Assembly: GCF_963921235.1 (NCBI RefSeq)
Contig: NC_086108.1
Coordinates: 38,938,001-39,002,000, forward strand
DNA: 64,000 nt
From: Mobula hypostoma
Taxonomy: Eukaryota
Direction of reading: 5' to 3'
Shown: in pieces, positions 13,281-25,666 of the stretch
Position numbering within the stretch: the first letter of the stretch is position 1
How the letters are laid out: the number at the start of each line of letters is the position of its first letter
Program-made: the position numbers and the translations under genes
Notes under the pieces: model-generated
The model's input: the letters and a program-made list of their open reading frames with translations, nothing else
Database searches by the model: none
Told to the model about the DNA's origin: nothing

Positions 13281-13789
13281 CTGAGCTTGGAAAATTCACT
13301 GAGGGATGACGATTACACAATCAGTTCATTATCATATTGACAAGCATAATTGATTAACATACTCAGGGAGACACTTTAACCTAAAACGATGCTGCTCTTT
13401 GAACTGGAAAAGAAACAATCTCCAGAGTTTATTGGGATTAAAATTTAAGATTGTTTTTAAGGCCAGCTAAAGACAGCAAAGAGGTCCTGACAATTACAAA
13501 GTACACCACAGGCTACAACTTTAGCTGCAGGGTTCAGGTGTGGCTGTAACCTGACACCTGAGCAAGGTTCCGAGTAGGATCTGACAGAAATTGCTGGTTT
13601 TCAAAAGGTAGAGGCAGAAATTACATGAAAACTGGAAGCTGGGATGCAGAAAGAAGGGATATTTTTGAAATCATCCTATTATTTTGAAAATCAACCACAC
13701 AGCATAAGAACCGAAGATCAGTAAGCTGTAAGGGGACAGGCAACTCGTAGAGCTGTTTTGCAAGGTTCTTAAGTTCCTGCGATCGATCA
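13281..13789 (-). pseudogene. Relic exon of the GREB1-family pseudogene
   Basis: Strong donor CAG|gtaagt at 13281. Translation SQELKNLAKQLYELPVPLQLTDLRFLCC...LLSASQLPVFM*FLPLPFENQQFLSDPTRNLAQVSGYSHT*TLQLKL*PVVYFVIV; the pattern QLP-x22-LA-x13-KL-x4-YxVI has the same spacing as recalled GREB1 SAQLPWLASLAASSCNDSVHVIECAYSLAEGLSEMFRLLVEGKLAKTNYVVII. 5' boundary uncertain. Confidence 0.6.
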
Positions 13790-13853
13790 CTTCAGAATTA
13801 AAACTCTAAAATTTGGAAGTGGTTTTCGAGCCACACAGCTATGGACTCGTAGA

Positions 13854-13935
13854 ATGGAAGAACAACTGCTGCCTTGCCTTGGCTGGTTGCTGACCACAAT
13901 ACTTGTACTAAAGGAAGGATTTTTTCTCACACAAG
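13854..13935 (+). CDS. CRB3-like short Crumbs gene, coding exon 1 (signal peptide)
   Basis: agaATGG Kozak context; MEEQLLPCLGWLLTTILVLKEGFFLTQ hydrophobic leader; phase-1 donor CAAG|gtaatg; candidate acceptor cacttcag| at 13795. Joins in frame (G+CA = Ala) to 24813. Confidence 0.7.
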
Positions 13936-14479
13936 GTAATGATCTGTTTGCTAAAAGTAAGGGGAGCTGTAGAAGTAGAAATATGCTTTTTCCAGATGAA
14001 ACTGGATTGGATACTGACATGGCAAAGTCATATAACAGGAAAGCAGGCCTTTCAGCCCACAATGGTTTCTGCTGAATAAACGTACCAAGTTATATTCATT
14101 CCTTTTTCCACCAATTGGCTTCTAACCTTCTATGAGATGCTGTTTTAAGTGCTCATCTAAGTACTTCTCCAGTGTTCTGAAAGGGCCTGCTTCCAAATTA
14201 CAAACATCCTCGGGGTAAATAAATATCTTCCTTAAATCTTAGACCCCTGCATTAAACCTGTGCCCTTGGTTGGGGAGACATTTCTGCCAAGGGGTAAATT
14301 TTCTCACTAATTCTCCCTGAAACACCTTGTATAATACTATTTCCCTCAATCAGGGTGCCCCACAGCCTTACCCACATGGAAAACAAACCCAGGCTGTGTA
14401 GTGTTTCCCCTGGCTGAAATCTTCCATCTCAGGCAACAGGTAGAGGATGAGCAATAAGTTTGGTCCTGACCACGGAAGC

Positions 14480-14705
14480 TGTCCGTGTAGAGTCTGCACG
14501 TTTTTCCATTGACTGCACGAGACTCCTCTGCTACATCACAATTGCATTCTGCTTCACAGGTTAATTGGTAGTTGTAAATTATCCTTTGTGTAGGTAGGTG
14601 GGGAGTTGAGGAGCATGAGAGATAAATGAGGGAATGAGATTTACAAGATGGTCCTGAGAGCAAGCACAGATTCAATGGGCTGAATGGCTTTTCTCCGTGT
14701 CCTCT
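14480..14705 (+). repeat. Degraded SINE (HE1-like, with CR1-type tail)
   Basis: gtctgcacgttttcc...ggttaattggt..tgtaaatt..gtgtaggtaggtg...gggctgaatggc, similar to the copy at ~58500-58800. Confidence 0.45.
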
Positions 14706-17700
14706 GCACCTCTGCACCGTTTCCAATTAAATCTCATCTTTGTACTGTAGACCAATTGAGCACAGTATTCCAGCTGCAGCCTAAATGATTATACACTCGT
14801 CGTAACTTCTCTACTCCCAGACCATCATGATGGATAATTTGTACTATCTTGGAAAAAGGGAATTTTTATGAATGAAATATCAAGTAGGTTTGATTGCTAA
14901 AAGATTGGGTTGAGGTTAAGACTTTACTATTGGCGGGTATGTTTTTATTTGTGCATAATGTACGAGTCATTATATGAAATAAAATGTAGTATGTTTGCAG
15001 AAAGGAAATAGCTTTAGTATAAACACACAAAGCAACAGACATATTTACAAGTTTTAGTAGATACAGTTTTCAAATGAAAAGGAAAGTGCTATTGTTTTCT
15101 TTGGTATCCCAATACAATCAAATTATTATAATTTTCTTTAAAGAAGCATGAACTTGGAGATAAATTTTTTGCTGATTTTGTATTTAACACATTGATAACA
15201 CTTGGGAATTTATAAATATTATGATATTTAATGTGAGATTAATGAAATAAGGCAGTAATTACACAAGAGATTTGTAGTGGGGAAAGAAATTTCAAACATG
15301 TCATGCATTATCTTTTTTCCTCATAAAACAATTGAAAGTAATTCTTGTAGTTCCAGAGGTGTACAAAGCATACTCAACCACAGCTGTCAGATTATTTTAT
15401 GGTGCACTAGAACCAAAACATTACTGGGGTTTAAACTTGTTTCAGGGCATTGTTTAGTTCTCACGGTTAATCTTAGATCTAAGCGATTTTTTTTTCCACA
15501 TTTATATAAGATAATTGAATAAGTAAGTATTCCAATTCCCAAAGCAAGTAAGTAATTTGCCCTGACTCACTATACATAGCAGTTTCATTTTCCAAACTGA
15601 ATATACAGTATAATGATGCTCATGACCAGAGCAAACAACCAGTAATATCAGTTCTCTGCCCAAACACATCACAATGCCAGTTCTGCATCTGAATGTATTA
15701 ACTCAGATTCCAAAGGTAGTTTCACCGTATAAATGATTTTAGATAGTGACTTATATATACTGGTTACTAATACAATGTATAAGTCACCAAAACTATAATT
15801 TTGAGGTGCATTCCATATGCAATATCCAAGGACCTGGATATCAATTCACTGACCCTATCCTCCACCTTCAAACAACATCACTTTTCAAATCACAAATTAA
15901 TTCTTCTGGTCCTTTTCACTCAGATCTATAGTTTGCCAGTGTTTTAATTTATTACCCTAAAGGTTGCTCTATTAAATTTAATTCCTTGCTGCTCGATATC
16001 CTCAAGAATTCCATGCTACCCATTCCTATCACACTGAATCCATGTGAACCTGGATTTTCAATTGATTTACTCTACATTCCAGAACTATATAGCCAACCCA
16101 GCCCTAAATCCTGGAAAAAATATATAAAAATGATCAGTTTTCAGAGATAACTTGAACTATTCAGTGTCATTCTCACTGGGCCCAAAGCTTAACACCTCAT
16201 TCTGTCTAATTCCCCTTGTACTGTATGCTGTGACCAGCCAGTCATTTGAGTAAACATTTTTCAGCTGGAGAGACACCTTCCTTTCATCTCCATTTTTCCT
16301 AAGACCTGGCTGGATCCTCACAAGATACACCACTGGCCACAGGCTTCCAATCATAAAAACAATCTCCAGCCTTCATCCTCTTCATCCTATCACATAGTCA
16401 CTTTCAGACCCAATTTTCTGAATTACCCTGGGCTTTTACCTCTTGGACCTGTCTCCTTTGTGGGATATTGTCATAGACTTTACTGAAGTCCATGTTGACT
16501 GTATCAGCTGCAATATTCCCATCAATGTGCTTAGTTATCTTATCAAAAAGACTCAATCAAATAAATACTTAACATCATCGTCAATGTAAGTATAGTTAAA
16601 ATGCTAAATTTCAAAAATTAAAATATATAGCATAATGCAAAATATTTCATCAAAGTGCACATTAGGAAACCACAGTTAATTAAAAATGACCATGAAAATA
16701 CCATATTACAATAAATATGATTTACAAATGTCCTTCAATGATGGAAATTTGCTATCTTGCTTGACTTGGCCTATATGTGACCGAGCTATCGACAGGATAT
16801 TGGCCCTTCCCTACCCTCCGAAGTGGGATGCTAAGCACACCATTGCCATTTTGAGATGGTGGCCTTGTTAGCACATCCACAGCCTGTTAACACATTAAAA
16901 TAAATTAAGTAGAAACACCAGGCTTCACAAAAATGCTCAAACCACTTTTATCCAATTTCTTAGATCTAGAAAGGTACTTCGTTTTATAATCCATGGCCAA
17001 ATATGCAGAACAACTTAAAAATAAAACTGTGGAGGACTAGATATCTGCACTCATATTAAAACAGGACTGATGCAAGTAGTACATTAATGACCATATATTA
17101 TCTGTCAACATGGCTCTTAATGTATTGAAAATTATATTAATTGAAAATAAGGCCCTCCTTGAGATATCCTGGGACTTTTTATCTTTTATATTGATTATTC
17201 AAATTACCAAATAAATTGGAAGCGTGCTCTGGCAGGATGCCTGCAACTTAAAGTGTCCCGAGTTCCTATATTCAGTTCTTCCCTTGCTGACTTTTGTTGG
17301 CTTCATTTCTCTGTCCCTCTGTAGTGCATGAAGAGGCATTCTGACAGAAAAGACATTTTGCCAGTTTAACTGCGGTGAGAGATTTGAGAATCTATTACAT
17401 GCATCTCTCCTGCTATAGCGTATGCTGAAGCAATCTGATACAGCCAATGGCAATGTAGTTCACCCTGCCTTCACTCAGTCAGATCCTGCTTAGATTGTAA
17501 TTCAAAGGAAGACCAGAAAGGTTTAACTTCTGTCTCCCTGAAAAAAATATTTAATTGTTGGAGTAAACAAATTTCAAACATGGAAATTGCTGCTCTACGC
17601 TGAATTAATTCATTACCCATACTGCCAATAATGGCTATTTATCTGAAGTCCTAAAACAAACTGGGCTTCAGCCCTAAAAAAAAGGTTGTGTAATTACCAA

Positions 17701-17980
17701 AAATAATTTTTGAAATACAATTAAATGGAGCCAAGCACAGAAGTTCCTAAACGAGAATACTAAGGCTCATTTAGTTGGCCTGACCCTGTCATTGTCACGT
17801 GATACAAGACAGGTGTTGTCTATACCATCGATGAGTGCTCATAGCAAAATGGAAATTGATAGATTTAACACAGCCTTATATTAATATAGACTATGATTTT
17901 AGCCTAATTCAGCTGTTTTAAGGTTCTGTTCACAAAGGACTTAGATTTTAAAAAACTGTTTCTGTAGCGTTGTACACATT

Positions 17981-20900
17981 CATAGAACATAGAACAGTGC
18001 AGCTCAGGAGGGGGCCCTGTGCCCCACAATGTTGTGCCAAACCAGCTAAAAAGCAAATCCAAAACATCCAAACACCAATCCCTCCAACCTACACAATATC
18101 TATATCACTCCGTCTTCCTCACATTCATGGGCCCATCTGAACGTCTCTTCAAAGCCTTTAATGTATTTGCCTATACCACCATACCAGGCAGCGCATTCCC
18201 AGGCATCCACCATCTCGGAGTGAAAAAAAACTTACCCCTCACATCCCCTTGAACCTACCCCCTCCCACCTTCAATGCATGCCCTCTGGTATTAGACATTT
18301 CAACCATGGGAAACAGATACTCCCTGTCTACTCTATCTATGCCTCTCATAATCTTGTAAACCTCTTATCAGATCTCCCCTCAGTCTCCAATGCTCCAGAG
18401 AAAACTATCCAAGTTTGGCCAGCCTTACATGATAGCTCATGTCCTCTAAACTAGGCAGCATCCAGAAAAATATCTTCTACACCCTCTCCAAAGTCTCAAC
18501 ATCATTCCTATAGGGGCAACCAGAACTGAATGCAATACTCCAGATGTAGCCTAACTTATAAAGTGGCAGGGAGATGGGAACCAGAGTACCAGAACAGTTA
18601 GTGGACAGGTTGTGGAGACAGATATTGGTAAGACCTCAGAAAAAGTCAGGAATCAGAAGGTTGAGCATGGTGTAACTAGTGCCCTGAGCTGCATATATTT
18701 CAATACAAGAAGTGTCATCATAGGAAAGGTGGACAACCTCAGGGCTTGGATCAACACCTGGAATTTTGTTATTGTAGCTAATAGTGTGACTTGATTGCAG
18801 GAGGGGCAGGACTGGCAGCTCAATATTCCTGGGATCCGTTGTTTTAGATGTGACAGAGTGAGAGGGATTAAAGGAGGAGGGGTGGTGTTACTAGTCAGGG
18901 AAAATGTCATGGCTGTGCTCTGTCACAATAAGCTGGAGAACTCATCTGGTGATGCATTATGGGTGGAAATAGGAAATGAGACCGTGTTAATGGGGCTATA
19001 TCACAGACCACCCAACGGTCCTAGGGACTTAGAGGAACAAATTTTTAAAGGTATCACAGACTGTTGTAACAAATGTAAGGTTGTTATAGTAGGTGATTTT
19101 AACTTTTCACATATTGACTGGGAATCCCATGCAGTAAAAGGACTAGATGGGATAGAATTTGTCAAATGTGTTCAAGTAAAGTTTCCTTCATCACTTCATA
19201 GAAGTCCAACAAGAGAGCATGTGATACTTGATTTGCTGTCAGAGAATGAGACAGGGTAGGTAACAGAAGTTTTTGTAAGGGAACACTTTGCATCTAGTGA
19301 CCACAATGCCATTAGTTTCAAACAAAATATGTAAAATGATAGGTCTGGTCTGCAGACTGAGGTTCTAAATTGGAGTAAGGCCAAATTTGATGATATCAGA
19401 AATAATCTGGCAAGTATTGATTGGGACAGGCTGTTCTCTGGCAAAAGGTGTACTTACTAATTAGGAGGCCTTCAAAAGTGAAATGTTGAGAGTAAAAAGC
19501 TTGTATGTCCTTGTCAGAATAAAAAGTAAAGACAATAAATGTAGGGAACCTTGATTTTCAAGGGATATTGAGACCCTGCTTAAGAGAAAAAAACAGAGGT
19601 GCAGAGCAGGTATGGGCAGGTAGGAACAACTGAGGTGCTTACGGAGTATAAGAAATGCCAGAGAACACAAGAAAGAAACCAGGAAGGCTAAAAGAAGGCA
19701 CGGAGCTCCTCTAGCAGACAAGGTGAAGGAGAGTCCCGAGGGATTCTACAGATATGGTAAGAGCAAAAGGATTGCAAGGGACAAATTGGCCCTCTGGAAG
19801 ACCAAAATGGTAATCCATGTGCGGAGCCAAAATAGATGAGAGAGAACTTAAATTTCTTTTTTTGCATCTGTATTTACTCAGGAGATGACACAAAGTCCAT
19901 AAGAGTGAGGCAAAGTGGCAGCAACTTTATGGACCCTACACAGATTACAGAGGAGGAGGTGTTTGCTATCCTGAGGCAAATCAGGGTGGATAAATCCTCG
20001 GGGCCTGACAAAGTATCCCCATGGACCCTATGGGAGTCAAGTGCAGAAATTGCCAGGGCTCTAGCAGAGATATTTATATCATCCTTAGTGACAGGATAAG
20101 TACCAGAGGATTTGAGGATAGCCAGTGTTGTTCCACTGTTTATAAAAGGCTTTAAATGTAAACCAGGAAAGTATAGGCCAGTGAGTCGGATGTGGATGTA
20201 GGAAAGTTATTGGAAGTATTCTAAGGGATCAGAGATATTAGTATTTGGATAGACAAGGACTGATTAAGGATGGTCAGCACAACTCCATGCGTGGTAGGTC
20301 ATGTCTAACCAATCTTATAGAGTTTTTTGAGGAAGTTACCATGAAAGTGGATGAAGGCAAGGCAGGGGATGTTATCTACATGAACTTCAGCAAGACATTT
20401 CCTAAGGTCCCACATGGGAAGTTGGTCAAAAAGGTTCAGTCGCTTGGCATGCAAGATGAGGTAGTAAATTGGATCAGGTATTGGCTTTGTGGAAGAAGGC
20501 AGAGAGTGGTTGTAGATGGTTGCCTCACTGAATGGAGGCCTGTGACTAGTGTAGCTTTGCAGGAATCGGTGCTGAGTCCTTTGTGTGTCATCTGAATCAA
20601 TGATATGGATGATAATGTGGTTAACTGGATCAGCAAATTTGTGGATGACACCAAGATTGGGGGTGTAGTGGACAGCAAGGAAGGCTATCATGGCTTGCAG
20701 AGGGATCTGCATCATCTGAAAAAATGGGCTTAAAAATGGCAGATGGAATTTAATGCAGACAAATGTGAGGTTTTGCACTTCGGTAGGACCAGCCAGGGTA
20801 GGTCTTACACTGCGAACGGTAGGGCACTGAGGAGTGTGGTAGAACTAAGGATTCTGGGAATACAGGTACATAATTTGTTAAAAGTGGCATCACAGGTAGA

Positions 20901-23398
20901 TAAGGTCGTAAAGAAAGCTTTTGGCACATTGGCCTTCATAAATCAATGCACTGAGTACAGGAGATGGGATGTTTGGTTGAAGTTGTATAAGACATTGGTG
21001 AGGCCTAATTTGGAGTATTGTGTGCGGTTTTGGTCACCTATCTACAGGAAAGATGTAAACAAGGTTGAAAGAATACAGAGAAAATTTACAAGGATATTCC
21101 TGAGTCTGGAAGACTTGAGTTATAAGGAAAGATAGAATATGTTAGAACTTTATTCCCCAGAACATAGAAGATTGAGCGGAGATTTGAGAGAGGTAAGAGG
21201 CAAGCACATTTTTTCCACTGAGGTTGGGTGGGACTAGAACCAGAAGCCACAGGTTAAGGGTGAAAGGTGCAAAGTTGAAGGGGAATATGAGGGGACCCTC
21301 CTCACTCAGAGAGTCACGAGAGTGTGGAATAAGATGCCAGCTCAAGTGGTGCATGCAAGCTCGATTCCGAAATTTAAGAGAAGCTTGGATGGGTACATGG
21401 ATGGTAGGGGTATGGAGGGCTATGGTGTTGCTGCAGGTTGATGGGAATAGGCAGTTTAAATGGTTTTGGCCTGGACTAGATGGGCAGAAGGGCCTCTTTC
21501 TATGATGTACTCTGTGACTCTATGACAAATCTATGCAACATAACCTCTGGACTTTTGAACTCAATGCATTGAATAATAAAAACAAGCTTTCAAAATGCCT
21601 TCTTCACCATCTTATTGGCCTGTGTAGCCACCTTCAAGGAGCTATGAACCTGGATTCCAAGATCTCTCTGCTCAGCAACACTATTAGGGATCTTGCCCTT
21701 AACAGTCTACTGTCTCCTTGTACGTGACCTACTTTTACCAGATAGAAGTGCAACACCTCACACTTATTTGTGTTAAACTCCATCTGCCTTTTCTATGCCC
21801 ACATCTGCAAATGATGTATGTTATACTGTATTCTTTGCCAGTCTTCTACACTATCCACAACTCCACAATCTTGGTATCATCCACAAACTTACTAACCCAC
21901 CAATCTATATTTTCATCCAAGTCATTTATATACAAGCAGCACGGATCCCTGTGGAACACCACTAATTATAGACCTCCAGCTCGATAAGTCCCTTCAACCA
22001 CAACCCTCTGTCTTCCATGCGCAAGCCAGTTCTGAATCCAAGCAGCCAATTCACCACCTTTCCCCATGCATCTTAATTTTCTGGTTTAGCCTCCCATTAG
22101 GGATTTTATCAAATGCCTTACTAAAGTCCATGTAGACACCATCCACTGCCCTACCTTCATCAATCTCTCTCGTCACCTTGTCAAAAAACTCAGTCAAGTT
22201 GGTAAGACATGACCTGCCCCATGCAAAGCCAAGCTGGCTCTCCCTAATTAGGCCATGGATTTCCAAATGCTCATGTATCCTATCCCTAAGAATTTTCTCT
22301 AGCAATTTCTCTACAACTGACGTGAGACTCACTGGTCTATAGTTCCCAGGATTTTCTCTTGTTCTTCTTCTTAAACAGAGGTACAACATTAGCCACTCGC
22401 CTGTCCCCAGGACGTTGCCTGTGCCTGGAGAGGAGACAAAGATACGGGTCAAGGGCCCTGCATTCTTGTTTCTTGCCTCCGTCAATAACCTGGAGCAAAA
22501 CCCATCAAACCTTGGGGGAGTTATCCACCTTAATACTCATAAGGAGGCCCAATACTTCCTCCTCCTTGACATCTAAACGCTCTAATACGTTTATACACTC
22601 AGCATTGATCTCCTGGTCCTCCATCTCCTTTTCCTTGATAAAGTACCAAAGCAAAGTACTCATTAAGTACCTCATTCATATTCTCCGCATCCAAGAAAGT
22701 GTTCCCCCTTTTATCCTTGAGTGGTCCCGCTCTCTTTCTAAGGCATTGTATGTATAGAATGCCTTAGGATTCACCTTAATCCAACTTAACAAGGACTTTG
22801 CATAGCCCCCCTTGGCTTTCCTAATTCTCTTCTTAGGTTCTTTTTTGTCTTCTTTCTACTCCACATGTGCTTCATTTGACCATAGCTTCTGAAGCTTTAC
22901 ATACTTTTCATTTTTCTTCTTGACTAAATTCATCACCTGTCTGGAGATCCAAGGTTCTCCTATCTTTCCATCCTCACCCTACCTTCCAACAGGAACATAT
23001 CTTTCCTGTATTCTGTGCAATTGATCTTTAAGCACTCTCCACATGTCCGATGTGGACTTGCCAGAAAAAAGGTGTTCCCAATTAACTCTTCATAGGTCCT
23101 TCCTAATGCCCTCATAATTTACCCTACTCCGGTTTGAAACTCTCCTGCAAGGACCATGCCTATCCTGAAAGTTAGGGAGTTCTGGTCACTATTCCCTAAC
23201 TATTCACACACTGAAAAGTCAGTCGTCCAACCAGGGTCATTACCCAGCACCAGATGCAGTACAGCCCCTCTTCACATTGGATCATCCACCTGTTGATTTA
23301 AGAAACCTTTTTGGACATACTTAACAAATTCTGCCCAGTCAAAATCCCTTCCACGAAGGAGGTCCCAGTTTATATAGGGAAGTTGAAATCTCCCCATA
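17981..23398 (-). mobile_element. CR1 LINE (minus), split by a nested plus-strand CR1
   Basis: 3' tail catagaacatagaacag at ~17981; the sequence breaks at ~18565 and resumes at ~21535 (gcaacataacctc...); ORF 22051-22485 NYRPVSLTSVVEKLLE...YMDFSKAFDK. Confidence 0.85.
18566..21525 (+). mobile_element. CR1 LINE (plus), degraded ORF2, nested in a minus-strand CR1
   Basis: ORFs 18612-19259 (APE: YFNTRS, GDFNF), 20245-20595 and 20743-21135 (RT and C-terminus LVRPNLEYC); tail gtgactctatgac. Confidence 0.9.
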
Positions 23399-23666
23399 CC
23401 TGGCTTGCTGAGTTCCTCCAGCATTTTGGATGGGGCATATTAAATATGGTCAATGTAACTCAACGGGCAGCTTAGACTTAATGGGAAGAAGCAGGCGTGA
23501 AAGCCATGAATTCCCACTGGCTATGAAACCTGTCACTGTTATTGAATATTCAAAGTTAAATAGAGTCTGTTAATCAATGAAAATAATTCTACAAAATTAG
23601 AAATCTTTAAACACACAGTATTTGAATCAACCTAATTAACAAATGAAAAAAAAAATCTGTACTTAC

Positions 23667-23890
23667 ATTAGTTCTGATAGGCTGACTGCGAGCATTTTGC
23701 GTGGCACTTGTATCAGTTTGAATGGGAAGATTTCCTGTTGTGAGAGCTGGAGGCTCATGGAAGTTAGTGCTGTGATGGTGGAATTGACCAGTAATCCCTG
23801 TGCACTGTGCAAGTGGACCAGGACCAGTGATATGCTGAGCAGAATTCTTCAGAACTGCCTCACTTAGGACTAGCCCAGTTATCTTTTCAT
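23667..23890 (-). pseudogene. Possible exon of the minus-strand relic gene (open frame, strong donor)
   Basis: Stop-free frame DEKITGLVLSEAVLKNSAQHITGPGPLAQCTG...ARSQPIRTN ending at AAT|gtaagt; acceptor weak; no recognisable motif. Confidence 0.35.
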
Positions 23891-24812
23891 CTGCCAGCAG
23901 ATTCAGACAAATTGTAACAGATCTGCCCAGTTATATTCCATTTTGGCTAATTTTAATACTGTGAATTTTTAATCAAGTCAGTATTTACACAAACATCCTC
24001 AAAGACTTCCTTGTTAGACTTGAAATACAGTGCGTAGTTTCAGTAGAATTTCAGTAGTTTGATTACGTATTAGATTTGGGCATTTTAATACCTGCATTCT
24101 GCACCTACTTACATCACAGAAAGTTATGTGGAAGTATGATTTGCTTATTATTAGTTATCAATAGTTATTTTGCAGTGTATTGCCCACAGATTTAGTCGGT
24201 ATCTCAACATAAATGCAAAGGTTACTCTTTGTAACATTGGTTTATACAGCTGTTATTCAACTAAGTCATATTTTTACAATCTGTGACATTCACACAGGTT
24301 GCCAGGAGTTAAAAATAAAACAGAATAGTTTGGAATTGCAAGAAGCAGTTTTTGTGCAGAGAGAAAAAGAGCTAACATTTCTGCTTCTTGACTCTCAACA
24401 AATGAAAGTTGAGGCCAGGGCTGTAAATGAGGGTTGCACTTCCCTCATCAGATCACTTTCAGATTTGTAATGTTAATAAAAAGAAGAAAACATGTGCAGT
24501 GACTTTCCCTCCGTATTAGAATTTCACCAGCGGCTCAGGTCAGCAGTCCAGTTTTCCACCCAGGTCACACATTTCCATTTTAAGAATAGGTGTCTGCAAC
24601 ACAGGCAAAATTCACTAAATGAGCTAAAACCTGTTTACTGAACAAGTACTTAAGATTCTTCACTTTGCAATCCATCACCTTGTCAAAGAAAGCCTGCAAT
24701 AAAAATACATTTGCATTACTGTTTTGTCAGTGGCAATTTCGGTTTAGATTATGTAGATTTCAATTTTCAACATTCCAGTAATGTCTTCATACTAGTATTG
24801 GTTCCTTTACAG

Positions 24813-24865
24813 CAGTGAATGTTACAGATTCTACACCATCAAGGAAGCCTGATAACTCATCATCT
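24813..24865 (+). CDS. CRB3-like gene, coding exon 2 (53-nt stalk exon)
   Basis: gttcctttacag|CA GTG AAT ... TCA TCT|gtaagt, phase 1 to 0. Encodes (A)VNVTDSTPSRKPDNSSS, Ser/Thr-rich with two N-glycosylation sequons (NVT, NSS). NAGNAG alternative acceptor at 24816. Confidence 0.75.
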
Positions 24866-25666
24866 GTAAGTTGATAGATTTAAGTTGACCTGACGTTGAT
24901 ATACACCATGGGTTTCAGTATAATTCAGCTTTTAAGGAACAATTCAGAAAGGATTTAGTTAAAAAAAACTGTTTCTGTAGCACTATACAGGTTTATCTTT
25001 GGAATGCCAATTGATCTTCCAATTATCACTAACAGGACACTATCAGGTTAATACCATGATCAACAATGCAGTTTTTAAAGAAGCCTTTACAATTGAAACG
25101 AACATAAATTAGTGCAATTATATGCATTATCCTTCTAATGCATTTATGTATAAATGCCACTTCAGAAAATCAGATTGCAGTCTCCAAGCCTTTCATGCTT
25201 TTGTTGTGGAAATATTCCTGATAGAGAAGGGCATGATATTAATAACAAGCATTGAATTAGATACAAAAAGTATGAATTTATTATGCATGAATTATTACAT
25301 CAGGGCTTAATGTTGAAGTAGTCTATTGTGCAATAAATGTTACCCAACAGTGGGAAGAAAACAAGCATAATGTAAATATAAAAACTGAAGCTGCAGCAGA
25401 TGAGTAACTCAGTTGCTGCTGGCTTGGACTCAGATTTGATCTTCAGTTCACCCCCAATCTCCAGGATCCCCAGTATAATCCGGAGTGCCGGGGAAGGGTC
25501 CGAACGCATACCAATCTTACCAGCTAGCAGGCAGTAGCTCATCCTAAAACTGGATGTTGGGCTGGTCTATGTCAGGTCATTATCTCACTGATCATCAAGA
25601 GCAGCGAAGGAAGGCAGTAGAAAAGCAGATGCAAGGAATGGGGAGGTTACATGTATTTCCAAAAGA

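Noticed and set aside
13281..13403. A standalone 123-nt minus-strand lncRNA exon
   Set aside because: It has a good acceptor and donor, but GREB1-like similarity extends upstream to ~13790, so it is better seen as the end of a larger relic exon.
24213..24470. ORF MQRLLFVTLVYTAVIQLSH... as the signal-peptide exon
   Set aside because: Only weak donors (gtcata, gttgcc); 13854-13935 has better Kozak context, a better donor and gives a CRB3-sized product.
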